A DNA stretch of 64,000 nt, from positions 768,001-832,000 of the forward strand of contig CAVZDU010000002.1 in NCBI GenBank assembly GCA_963774265.1. The letters run 5' to 3'. Under the pieces are notes generated by a model, which did not search any database, was not told where the DNA came from, and saw only the letters and a list, made by a program, of their open reading frames with translations. Every line of letters starts with the position of its first letter. Within the stretch, counting starts at the first letter, position 1. The translations under genes were made by a program, and so were the position numbers. This DNA is from an uncultured Chloroflexia bacterium (GTDB lineage: Bacteria; Chloroflexota; Anaerolineae; CG2-30-64-16). Shown here piece by piece: positions 20,993 through 30,390 of the stretch.

Positions 20993-21079
20993 AGGCCTCC
21001 TCCTAGAGAACCCTTGAATCTGCCGTTAAGCCGCCGTCAAGCGATGGCGGCCCCTGGACTCCGGATCGGCGAGTCACGG

Positions 21080-21847
21080 CTAATCGAAGCAGTTGTAGGC
21101 GTTGTACCCACCGTCAATTAGCAAACTGGCACCGGTTACGAAGCTACACTCGTCGGACGCAAAAAACACTGCTGCCGCTGCAACCTCACTAGGCTTGCCA
21201 GGCCGGCCAACTGGCGTCTCTCTGGCGATGGCAGTACTGACCTGTGCGGTGTCGAACAGATCCGAATTCTTCTCGACGCGCACGGGTCCCGGCGCCAGGC
21301 AGTTGACAACGATGCCGTATTCTGCGAGGTCTGCGGCCATGGCCTTGGTTAATAGCAGTACACCTCCTTTTGCCGCTACATAGGCGGCCGATGAACGCTC
21401 GGCAGCGAAGCTGTTGATCGAGCCAATGTTGATGATGCGACCCTGAATGCCTTGATCGACCATGGCGCGCGCTGCGGCCTGCCCGCAGAGAAACATCGAC
21501 GTCAGATTAGTCTCTATGACGCGGCCCCATGTCTCGAACGGCATATCCAGAAAATGTCCGTTGGCGCCCGTGATTCCCGCATTATTTACAAGGACATCCA
21601 CCCGTCCGAAGTGCTGTAAAGTGGTCTTGATCAGGGCCTCGGCCTCATCTGGTCGGCTGACGTCGGTCCGGACGAATATGGCCGTCCCGCCCTGTGCTCG
21701 GATGTCCATCGCGGTGGCCTCTCCCGAGGGACCATCGCGCTGGACGATAACGACGCGTGCTCCCTCGGCGCCAAACCGCAGCGAAATCCCGCGGCCGATA
21801 CCACGGCCACCGCCCGTCACGATCGCGACCTTGCCTTGCAGTCTCAT
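21080..21847 (-). CDS. Short-chain dehydrogenase/reductase
   Basis: TGGGRGIG, NNAG and YVAAK motifs. Confidence 0.92.
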   Translation of the reverse strand: MRLQGKVAIVTGGGRGIGRGISLRFGAEGARVVIVQRDGPSGEATAMDIRAQGGTAIFVRTDVSRPDEAEALIKTTLQHFGRVDVLVNNAGITGANGHFLDMPFETWGRVIETNLTSMFLCGQAAARAMVDQGIQGRIINIGSINSFAAERSSAAYVAAKGGVLLLTKAMAADLAEYGIVVNCLAPGPVRVEKNSDLFDTAQVSTAIARETPVGRPGKPSEVAAAAVFFASDECSFVTGASLLIDGGYNAYNCFD

Positions 21848-23346
21848 GTGTTCTCCTGCGGGTGAGCAGACGCCATCGACTCAGATAGCGCCAGGGCGTA
21901 TTCGCCAACCTGACGATAGAGCCGATACAGGCTGTCGTAGCGATCCGAAAGCTGCTCTTCGGGCAATATCACCTCGCCATCGGTGACTAGCTCCTGCATC
22001 CCATCCCGAATGCACGAGTAGATGCCACCAGCCACAGCCGCCACGATCATTGTGCCCAAGGCTGTCGGATCCGCCTGCCGCAAGACAATCAGGGGCAGCC
22101 GGTAAATCGATGCTCGCATCGCTGCCCAGCCGCGGTCATCGACGGTACCTGCGGCAACTCGCACCTCAGTTGGGCGCACGCCGACGCTCGCTAGAGTGTC
22201 CAGCAGGTGACGCAAAGAGAATGCCACGCCTTCATAGACCGCTCGCAGCATATCAGCCCGCTTGTGGCCCATATTCAGACCCGCAAACGCGCCGCGCAAC
22301 CCAGGTGCCCAGGTAGGAGAGCGTTCACCCGCCAGGTAGGGTAGGAATAGCAGGGGCTCGCCATTGCGAGTACCCTCCGGGACCTGCCCTGGCTCATCCA
22401 GCTCCGTAAAGATACGAGTGGCCCACCTCAGCGCGCTTCCCGCACTGCTGGTGGAACCTCCCAATACCCAGCAGCCTGGAACCAGGTACGGGTAAAGCTC
22501 GAGTCCAGCAGCCCAGTTCATCTGAACCCTATCAGTGCACATCAGCAGCGAGCCGGTGCTGCCCAGATGTTCGTATGCGATGCCCGGCGAGAGCAGACCA
22601 GCACCGACCAGTTCGATATCGTCTCCGGCACCGACGGCTACTGGTGTGCCGGCACGCAATCCGAGCGCCTGCGCAGGCTCGGCGAGCAGAGCTCCGGCTA
22701 CCGTCTCGGCGGGCAGCACGGGCGGCAATCGGTCAAGATCAACTCCTGCGGCATCCACTAACTCGGACGACCACTGTGCGGTGCGGACATCAGCCAGCCC
22801 GGTGGCTGCGGCGTCCAGAGGATCGGTCGCCGCCTGGCCCGTGAGACATAACCGAACATAGTCCTTACATGCCAGGAAATAGCGCGTCTGGCTGAAAAGC
22901 TTCGCCTCATGGCGTTGCAGCCACAGCAGCTTTGCTATCGGCAGGCTGGCGTCCAGCCACTCGCCGCTGATGGCGTAAATCTTCGCGCCGCCCTCCCAGT
23001 CTCTGGACAGGGTACGCGCCTCAGCCACGCTCCGTCGGTCGTTGAGGGTCATACACGGTCGTAAAGGCTGACCCCACGCATCCACGCACACCAACCCGTG
23101 CATCTGACCAGTGACGCCGATAATGGCCAGCCGGCCCGCGATATCGTCAATTCGCTGATGCAGCTGGCCCACGGAACTAATCACGGCCTCCCACCACTCC
23201 TCGGGCGACTGCTCGGCCTGATCAGTCGCGGGATAGTACGTCTCATACGGCGCCGTCGCACGCGCCAGTTCCTCACCTCGCAGAGTGAACAAGGTGCTCT
23301 TGCAACTGCTTGTGCCCAGGTCAATCGTTAAAATCAGCTTGGTCAT
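21844..23346 (-). CDS. FGGY-family carbohydrate kinase (xylulokinase-like)
   Basis: IDLGTSSCK, TGQMHG, GAGD and FLPYLAGERSP motifs. Start overlaps the upstream stop. Confidence 0.9.
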   Translation of the reverse strand: MTKLILTIDLGTSSCKSTLFTLRGEELARATAPYETYYPATDQAEQSPEEWWEAVISSVGQLHQRIDDIAGRLAIIGVTGQMHGLVCVDAWGQPLRPCMTLNDRRSVAEARTLSRDWEGGAKIYAISGEWLDASLPIAKLLWLQRHEAKLFSQTRYFLACKDYVRLCLTGQAATDPLDAAATGLADVRTAQWSSELVDAAGVDLDRLPPVLPAETVAGALLAEPAQALGLRAGTPVAVGAGDDIELVGAGLLSPGIAYEHLGSTGSLLMCTDRVQMNWAAGLELYPYLVPGCWVLGGSTSSAGSALRWATRIFTELDEPGQVPEGTRNGEPLLFLPYLAGERSPTWAPGLRGAFAGLNMGHKRADMLRAVYEGVAFSLRHLLDTLASVGVRPTEVRVAAGTVDDRGWAAMRASIYRLPLIVLRQADPTALGTMIVAAVAGGIYSCIRDGMQELVTDGEVILPEEQLSDRYDSLYRLYRQVGEYALALSESMASAHPQENT

Positions 23347-24587
23347 CACAACATCCACGTGTAGTGAATCATCTGAAAAGATCCGCTCAACTCGGCCACG
23401 CGTGGCGTTATCTCCTGCGGCGTACGCTCCCCCCTGACGACGGAGGTAATGCAATCGGCTACTTCGGCCATCTCGGCCTCACGCATGCCAAGCCTCGTAA
23501 CCTCTTGAACGCCAACACGAATGCCTTCACCGCCGCGCTCTGTCGGCAGGTGCATGGAAGTGGTTATGATGTTGGCTGCTTCAAGCCGCGCCGCCACATC
23601 GACACCGGTACCAAACTGCCCAACCTCCAGCAGCAAGGTGTGCGACAGTGTGGACTGGTGATCGAATGTGAGCACCGGCACCCCGAGCTGCTTTAGCTCG
23701 CTCGCCAATGCTTGGGCGTTGGCAATAATCTGGTCTGCATACGCACCGCCCCATTGCAGCATCTCAAGTAGGGCCAGCCCCAGCGCAGGAATGCGAAACG
23801 GATGATGGTTGGTCACGATGGCCGGATAGACGGCCCGGCTGATTTGATCCATCAGCATCCGGTCGTTCGATACAATCAGCCCGCCTTGGGGACCGGGAAA
23901 GGTTTTGTGCGTGCTACCGAACATCACCTGTGCACCCTCGCGCAGCGGGTCCTGAAAACGACCAGCCGCAATCAGGCCCAGCACATGGGAGGCGTCGTAG
24001 ACGAGCAGTGTGTCAGGTAACGCGCGCGTGACTTCGGCTAACGCCCGCACCGGATGGGGGAAGAGGAAGGCGGACGAGCCGATGATCACGAGCCGCGGTT
24101 GAACCCGGCGGATCATGTCGCAGGTCCGTTGAAGGTCCAGGTTGAAACGAGCGCCGGAAAAGGGTAGAAACTGCACGTCGAGGGAGATGAGCTTGGCATA
24201 GCACAGCTTGGATGCCAGCCGATGTCCCCCGCCGTCGCTGCCGATCTCCAGCACCACATCGCCGGGCTTGGCCAGCCCCATCACCACCCCGGCGCCTGCC
24301 ACATGGCCCGAGATCGCGCGCAGCTCTACTTCCGACGCGCCAAACACCTGCGTGGCCAAATCGGTCACACCTTCTTCAAGGGTCTGCAGATAGCGATTGC
24401 CTCGATACTTGCGCGCCGCCGGGTCGCGACCGTTGTAGTCGCCGTAGCGCTGGATCAGGTCACTGTTGAGAGCGCCGCGCACTGCCGGGCTCAGGCGGTT
24501 TTCGGATGCGATCAGATTGAGACTTTGGTAGCGCAAATGCTCGTGCAGATTGAGCAGACCATAGATATCATCGTGCGTGAGAGCCAT
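23346..24587 (-). CDS. Serine hydroxymethyltransferase-like PLP enzyme
   Basis: LNLIASEN, YDASH and GSTHKTFPGPQGG (PLP Lys) motifs. Confidence 0.85.
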   Translation of the reverse strand: MALTHDDIYGLLNLHEHLRYQSLNLIASENRLSPAVRGALNSDLIQRYGDYNGRDPAARKYRGNRYLQTLEEGVTDLATQVFGASEVELRAISGHVAGAGVVMGLAKPGDVVLEIGSDGGGHRLASKLCYAKLISLDVQFLPFSGARFNLDLQRTCDMIRRVQPRLVIIGSSAFLFPHPVRALAEVTRALPDTLLVYDASHVLGLIAAGRFQDPLREGAQVMFGSTHKTFPGPQGGLIVSNDRMLMDQISRAVYPAIVTNHHPFRIPALGLALLEMLQWGGAYADQIIANAQALASELKQLGVPVLTFDHQSTLSHTLLLEVGQFGTGVDVAARLEAANIITTSMHLPTERGGEGIRVGVQEVTRLGMREAEMAEVADCITSVVRGERTPQEITPRVAELSGSFQMIHYTWML

Positions 24588-24601
24588 GGTGTATATCCTC
24601 G

Positions 24602-25343
24602 TCAGAGTGCGCTGGGAGGGATGCGCAGGCTACGCACCACTTCAGCGGCCCGGTGAATATGATGTTGCCCTTCACGCATTGTGAACATCAAGTGACCGGG
24701 CAAGAGCGCATCCACAGCTAAACCGTCCAACTGGAGGATGGTGGTACAGTATTCCTCCAAATCGCAGTCAGGAAGATTCTGCAGCAGGATTCGGCCCTCG
24801 CAGAAGACGCTGTCGCCGGCAAACAGACAACTCAACCCGCCTACCTCACCGTACCATGCTACGTGGCCGCGGCTGTGACCAGGGCTGGACAGCGCGGTCA
24901 GGCCGACACTGCCTACGTGGATCATATTCCCTTGGGGCACTATCTGAACGGTCGGGCAGGACTGAAGCACATAATCGGGAGGATAAACTCCCGCCGCGCG
25001 CGGCGGCCAAACCGGTGGCATTTTCGTCCGCCGTCCGAATTGCCTGTGCAACATGTGGCGATGCTACGACAGCTGCCCCTGTAGCCGCGTGCCAACCCGC
25101 TGCGCCGCCCGCATGGTCAGCATGAGCATGAGTTAAGAGGACATAGCGAATGCTGCCTGGGTCGAGTCCGTCGGCCAGCAGATTCGCTACGACCTGAGCC
25201 TGCCCCAGTCCGCATCCGGCATCGATCAGAGCGATCTCGCCCTGATCGGCAACCGCGTAGATATGACAATCGAGCGCATTCGATAGCCCGAAACCAAGCG
25301 GCGTACCACTGCCTACCAGGTACAGACTTGCGCTGAGTCGCAT
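24602..25343 (-). CDS. Metallo-beta-lactamase-fold hydrolase, frameshifted near 25000
   Basis: THAHADHAG in the first frame; PGHSRGH, FAGD and LPGH in the second. The shift lies in a gcgcgc run. Confidence 0.8.
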
Positions 25344-25356
25344 GCCTCGTAGCCCT

Positions 25357-26349
25357 CTAAACTGCGGCCGGAACAGCCGGCATATCGCCCGCGGCCAGCA
25401 CAAACGTCGCGGGGTCCCCCGCATACACCGGCGGGTAAGTGCGCAGGCCCAGTACCCAGCCATCGCACGGCGCAGCCAGACAGGCCAGCGAGCGGCCCTG
25501 CCAGTCGTACACCTGCGCCAGTTCGTCGCCTGCTCGCACTGACTGATTTAGTGCCACATGGTTCTCGAGGTAACCTGACACGGGTGCCTGAAGCCAGTCG
25601 CCCGTCACCCGCCGCGGCGCAGGAAAATCCGTCGCCCTGCCGGGAAGCACACCCCAGACGCGCAACACATTCAGCGCGGACTGTCGGTAGCGTTCCACAT
25701 TGTCGGCTTCGCAACGGGCACCCCCACCAAGCTCGGCGCCGACCGCGGGTATCCCCGCCTCAATGGCTGCGTAGCTCAGCACGCCGTGGCGATGAGGCAC
25801 GCTCCAGGCGTTATCCAGTCCTAACGCTACGGCCGCACTCAGGCTAAGGCGGTTGATCTCACCACTGCCGGCGTAATAGCAGGCCAGCGGTGAGTGCAGC
25901 AGGCGGACGCCGCCCGTATGAAAATCGACCAGAAGGTCGGCGCCAGGCAAAAGGTAGTGCGTCACCTGGAAAGCCAGGCGCTCACTGAACGATCCGTCAG
26001 GGTTGCCCGGGAAGAGCCGGTTGAGATTCTGCGCGTCGATTGGGCTGCTACGCCAGGCGCCGTTGTAGGCGGGTGGATTGAGCAGCGGGACAATCACTGC
26101 AGTGCCTGATAGCTCTGCCGCGTCCAACTCGTGGCAAATCCGCGTCAGAGCGCGCACCCCCTCAAACTCGTCGCCATGCACACCTGCCGTGAATAACACA
26201 CGGGGGTGGCGGGCACGACCGGAAAGAATAGACACCGGGATTTCGATAGGCATGCCATCTGGTGCACGTCCCACAGACAGCCGCAGGTGGGTGGCGCGAT
26301 TCAGTGGCAGGGCGTCGGTGTCCAGGGCTGACAAGGGCATTTCGGTCAT
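25357..26349 (-). CDS. Succinylglutamate desuccinylase/aspartoacylase (M14-like) deacylase
   Basis: GVHGDEFEG, NLNRLFPG and DFHTGG motifs, plus a C-terminal hybrid domain. Confidence 0.88.
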   Translation of the reverse strand: MTEMPLSALDTDALPLNRATHLRLSVGRAPDGMPIEIPVSILSGRARHPRVLFTAGVHGDEFEGVRALTRICHELDAAELSGTAVIVPLLNPPAYNGAWRSSPIDAQNLNRLFPGNPDGSFSERLAFQVTHYLLPGADLLVDFHTGGVRLLHSPLACYYAGSGEINRLSLSAAVALGLDNAWSVPHRHGVLSYAAIEAGIPAVGAELGGGARCEADNVERYRQSALNVLRVWGVLPGRATDFPAPRRVTGDWLQAPVSGYLENHVALNQSVRAGDELAQVYDWQGRSLACLAAPCDGWVLGLRTYPPVYAGDPATFVLAAGDMPAVPAAV

Positions 26350-27155
26350 CTCAGATGCACCTGATGATCAATGCGCTGCTGCTCAGACAAGGCACGGAAC
26401 TCAGTCGCTACCTGCACCAACGCATCAACTGCATAACCGACGATGCGCTCGCCCTTAGCCGGTGTAGCCAGCGAAGGACGGCCGTTGACGCCTGAGTCCG
26501 ACATCCTGCTCCACCAGTTCATAAACTGTACCGCGTTGCTGCCGCCCATTTGCGGGTAGAGCCAGGTGGGTCCGCCCCGGTCGCGGGCGACCTCATCGCG
26601 AATCTGATCCAGCTTAACCAGGTCGCCGGCCAAGTATTCATACACCGAGGTTTCAAACTCGCATGCGTGGTCCACGCTCTCGGGCAACCCTTGACACACC
26701 TCTTCAATAACAGGCCAAGCCAAGTCCCACCAGTTGATGGTGGCAGCCAGCAACGATGTGCGATTGGTTATCTTGCGCGCAGCCAGATTATAGACCGGGC
26801 CATTACTCCCATGCCCATTGAAGAACAGTAGACGCTCGAAACCTTGTGCTGCGAAGCTTTGTCCCACTTCAAACGCATAGTTGAGCAAAGTTTCGATCTG
26901 CACCGTGATCGTGCCGGGAAAATCCATATTGTGCTCGTTGAAACCGTAGTGAATAGGTGGTGCGCAAAGAAGAATACCGGAGGCTTTCGCGGCGGCTAGT
27001 TCCGCTACGCTATTGACGGCAAGATTGTCGGTGTTGATCGGGAGATGCGGGCCGTGCTGCTCGATGGCACCCACGGGGATGACGACGACTCGCCGATCGG
27101 CGACAGCTTCGGCCACCTCCTCCCAGGTCATGTTGGCATATAGGTGTTTTTTCAC
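26346..27155 (-). CDS. Creatininase-family amidohydrolase
   Basis: GAIEQHGPHLP..TD, NGHGSN and HACEFETS motifs. Confidence 0.9.
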   Translation of the reverse strand: MKKHLYANMTWEEVAEAVADRRVVVIPVGAIEQHGPHLPINTDNLAVNSVAELAAAKASGILLCAPPIHYGFNEHNMDFPGTITVQIETLLNYAFEVGQSFAAQGFERLLFFNGHGSNGPVYNLAARKITNRTSLLAATINWWDLAWPVIEEVCQGLPESVDHACEFETSVYEYLAGDLVKLDQIRDEVARDRGGPTWLYPQMGGSNAVQFMNWWSRMSDSGVNGRPSLATPAKGERIVGYAVDALVQVATEFRALSEQQRIDHQVHLR

Positions 27156-27193
27156 GCATTGCTCCTCTGCAATTGGAAATTCACCCTAACACG

Positions 27194-27946
27194 TTATCTG
27201 GGCAGAATTACTCCTCGGGGGGCATTGCCGGAGGATCGAGGGTCACCTCGCAAAGCCTCGGCTCGCGCATCGGACTCCTCCATTTGATGAGCCGCGACGA
27301 CATCCAGATGTTCCAGCATCAAGCGGCGTGCCCTCTCAGGATCACAGTCACGCACTGCCTGGTAGATCGCGTCATGTTGGGCTACATCGCCCTCGTCCGG
27401 CAGGTGGGGGTCGTTACGGTAAAAACGCCCGATCATGCCGGAAACATCAGCGAGCGCTGTGTTGCGGGCGGCGCGCGCCAGCGCAGTGTGGAAACCAAGG
27501 TCTTCGGCGGGCCGCACGTGGCGAAGGATGCCGGCCGCCAGAGCGACGACACAGCGCTGAAGTTCCGCCAGATCCGAATCGTTGCGGCGAACAGCGGCCA
27601 GAGCCGCTACCTCAGGCTCAATAATTCGGCGGAACTCGATCAAATCGAGGAGGAGCGTGTTGCGATCCTCGCTCATTAGGCCGTCCAAATTGCGCAGGGG
27701 GCCCAGCAACATGTCCTGCACGTAGATGCCTTTGCCCGGGAGCACCTGTACGGCGCCCAGGGCGGCGAGGGTTTTGATGGCTTCTCGGATGGGGGTGCGG
27801 CTCACGCAAAACAACGTCGCAAGTTCGCCTTCGGGTGGCACCTGGTCTCCGGGGGCGAGGCCGCGCTCGGCGACCATCATCATGATCTGTTCAGCGATTT
27901 CTTGCGAGAGCTTCTTGCGTTTGATACCGCTTGTGGTCTGTATCAT
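27194..27946 (-). CDS. FadR/GntR transcriptional regulator
   Basis: wHTH PPEGELATLFCVSRTPIREAI plus an FCD domain. Start reassigned to ATG 27946, downstream of the promoter. Confidence 0.9.
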   Translation of the reverse strand: MIQTTSGIKRKKLSQEIAEQIMMMVAERGLAPGDQVPPEGELATLFCVSRTPIREAIKTLAALGAVQVLPGKGIYVQDMLLGPLRNLDGLMSEDRNTLLLDLIEFRRIIEPEVAALAAVRRNDSDLAELQRCVVALAAGILRHVRPAEDLGFHTALARAARNTALADVSGMIGRFYRNDPHLPDEGDVAQHDAIYQAVRDCDPERARRLMLEHLDVVAAHQMEESDARAEALRGDPRSSGNAPRGVILPR

Positions 27947-28038
27947 AGGATCTCGCTCATAGGGGCGTTCAGATTTAACGAATCTCGCGGGCCACATCGA
28001 ACAAATGCGAGTTTGATGATAAACGGATTCCCACGAAT

Positions 28039-28077
28039 GCTGTATGATATCATACAGCCAAACCTCCCTTTTGTCAA
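28039..28077 (-). promoter_or_regulatory. Sigma70 promoter with a perfect 20-bp operator over the -10 box
   Basis: TTGACA (28077-28072), 17 bp, TATGAT (28054-28049). Palindrome GCTGTATGATATCATACAGC at 28039-28058. Confidence 0.85.
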
Positions 28078-28082
28078 GAGGG

Positions 28083-29258
28083 TTACGATCCCAAAAGCAT
28101 AAAAGGCTTCCGGAATTGGACGCCTTGCGAGCGGCCGCCATATCGATGACCGGCTTCGACAAGGGCTAGTATGTTTTCCGGAGGCACCTCGGGCAGAACG
28201 TTATGGACCGGCGCGACGACGTAGCCGCCATCCGTGGCTAACGTTTCTATCAGACTACGTACCGCGTTGGCCACGTCGCTCGGGCTGCCGTGCGGCAGCA
28301 GTTGCTGCGTATCTACACCACCCCAGAAACACACATAGCCGCCAAACTCGCGCTTGAGTCGCGTGGGTTCCATGTGTGCAGCAGACACCTGCACAGGGTT
28401 CAGGCCGTCAATGCCAATGTCGATTAGATCGGGGATGGCCCAGTCAACCGAGCCACAACTGTGGAAGAGGATCTTAGCTTGGCTGCATCTGCGGATTTCG
28501 GCTAGCAACCGGGCGTGGCACGGCTTGATCAGGCGGCGGTAGGTCTCAGGCCGCAGCAACGGTCCATCCTGCCCCGAGAAATCATCGGCAATCAGTACCA
28601 GATCAACATCCGCCGCCAGAGCAGTCATGAGGGGTGCTATCGTAGCTAGGTAGATATCGGTGACGCGATCCAGCAAGGCGGCAAACAGACGTTGGTTGCC
28701 GGCCGCATCCATCAGCCAGTTTTCAAAGCCGCGCAGGTTCTGTGCAGTATGGACAATAGAAGCCGCGGAGTTGAGGCAGATAGCGCAGCTGCTAGTGGCA
28801 CGCAAATCGTGGGCACTGGCTGCTAGCGCGGCTACCGGCTCGAGGATGGAGGGGTCAGGCCAATTGTGCTGCTGCAGATCCGCCGGAGCTTCCGCGTTGG
28901 CGAGTGGTGAGCGATGTACATAATACAGCCCGGTCGCGCCCTGATGCCACTCCACCCCGAAAGCATCGATAAGGTGCGGAGCGCTCAGTTCTGCCGGCAT
29001 GGGAGAGGGATAGGGTGCGCAGATGTAGCGAACGTCCGGCTCAATGAAGCGGTACAGCCATTCGGGCATCTTCGCGAGCTGGCCCAGGTAATAGCTCCAT
29101 TCGAGAGGGCCGGGCCTACCCAGGTAGTTCACTAGGCGGGTACACGCGATCATGTTGAGCCCGCTGACGTTCGTGCCGCCAATGTCCAGCGGCACGATGT
29201 CGGTTGTCCGGCAGGAGAGCGCGGCCAGGATGCGCTCGCGTGGCGTTTGCGATTTCAT
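28083..29258 (-). CDS. Uroporphyrinogen decarboxylase/MtaA-CmuA family protein
   Basis: TPRERILAAL..DIVPLDIGG, HSCG, FWGGVD and PVHNV motifs. RBS gagga. Confidence 0.85.
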   Translation of the reverse strand: MKSQTPRERILAALSCRTTDIVPLDIGGTNVSGLNMIACTRLVNYLGRPGPLEWSYYLGQLAKMPEWLYRFIEPDVRYICAPYPSPMPAELSAPHLIDAFGVEWHQGATGLYYVHRSPLANAEAPADLQQHNWPDPSILEPVAALAASAHDLRATSSCAICLNSAASIVHTAQNLRGFENWLMDAAGNQRLFAALLDRVTDIYLATIAPLMTALAADVDLVLIADDFSGQDGPLLRPETYRRLIKPCHARLLAEIRRCSQAKILFHSCGSVDWAIPDLIDIGIDGLNPVQVSAAHMEPTRLKREFGGYVCFWGGVDTQQLLPHGSPSDVANAVRSLIETLATDGGYVVAPVHNVLPEVPPENILALVEAGHRYGGRSQGVQFRKPFMLLGS

Positions 29259-29652
29259 AGAGCATACTCCTCGCGTGGTGGGCGCGAACAGCTGTGATGC
29301 CGCACAACGAACTAGGACCAGCCGGCGCGGCAAAGCGGGCAGCCGTATTAGATTGAGTGACCTCTCTGATCGTCGGCTGGGGTCTCGACCAGCAGGCCTA
29401 GTTGGCGGGCGCTCAACTCAGGAACGGTGTATAGCGAGCCGCCGAGGCCGTCGCGACCGGCCAGCACCGAGCTTGCCATAATAATGACACTCTCGACCAA
29501 AGGCGTAGGCCAGTCGCGATCAGAGAGACGCGCGTAAACCATGTCGCCGACTGGCCGCCGGCTGCGCGGGTAGGAGACGCCGTGCCGCCCCGGTCACCCT
29601 TACCGGTCTACGGGGACGAGGCAGCGCAAACAGCGGGTGGGAGGAAGCTGGA

Positions 29653-30390
29653 TCAGTCGAAACCGAAGATTCGCTGAGCGTTACCATGCAGAATCAACGC
29701 CCGCTCTTCCTCGGCGATCGCCGCGTCCTCGATCATCCCAAGCGTGTATCCGGCATTGAAGAGCGGGTAATCCGAGCCAAACAGGACTCGGTCAGCGCCG
29801 AGTTCGCGCACCGCACAAGCCACCTTGTCTGCATCTGCCCACGTCGCGCACGGGTCGACGTACAGATTCGGTGATTCTCGTGCCGCTTCGAGTCCCTCCC
29901 ACCATCGGTCGCCCCCCATGTGCGCCATGATGATCGGCAGATCCGGATGCTCCCTGGCAACCGACACCACGGCCCACGGGCTCTCCACGGCGCTGCTGTA
30001 CGTGTGCACCAGCAGGGGATACTGTCGCTCCGCAAGCGCAGCCACTACCTCACGCCCCGCCGGCGAGCTCAATGGCTGCCGGGAGTACATTGGATGGATT
30101 TTGGCGCCCACAAAGCCCGGCTGCCCTCGGTAGTGATCCACTTCGGCAATGCCTTCGGCTGCGTAGTTCAGGTTGATCGTTACGTAGCCGAACAGCCCCG
30201 GGTGCGCGGCGACGGCAGCGGCCAGCACCCGGTTTCCCTCTCGGAAGTCGTACACGATCGCCAGCCCCGACGAGCAGATGCCCTTGCTGATGCCAGCGGA
30301 CCGCAGCCCGGCCGCGAGTTCAGCGGCTGAGAGGTTGTCCTGGGGGAAAGGCCAGTTTCCAAGATGACAGTGACTATCAATGATTTCCAT
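29653..30390 (-). CDS. Amidohydrolase_2 family metallohydrolase
   Basis: IIDSHCH, KIHP, LVHT, MAHMG and FGSDYP motifs. Confidence 0.88.
   Translation of the reverse strand: MEIIDSHCHLGNWPFPQDNLSAAELAAGLRSAGISKGICSSGLAIVYDFREGNRVLAAAVAAHPGLFGYVTINLNYAAEGIAEVDHYRGQPGFVGAKIHPMYSRQPLSSPAGREVVAALAERQYPLLVHTYSSAVESPWAVVSVAREHPDLPIIMAHMGGDRWWEGLEAARESPNLYVDPCATWADADKVACAVRELGADRVLFGSDYPLFNAGYTLGMIEDAAIAEEERALILHGNAQRIFGFD

Noticed and set aside
23346-24587. Calling this gene housekeeping glyA
   Set aside because: Divergent motifs and catabolic operon context, so the symbol was withheld.
26346-27155. Mycofactocin/RiPP locus suggested by the creatininase (MftE-like) gene and a SPASM radical SAM
   Set aside because: No precursor peptide or RRE protein. 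The radical SAM is 30 kb away and is a sulfatase maturase beside its sulfatase.
29340-29650. Intergenic region with an 11-bp long-range inverted repeat; possible cobalamin riboswitch before the UroD-family gene
   Set aside because: No B12 box or other riboswitch consensus was recognisable. An Rfam scan would be needed.
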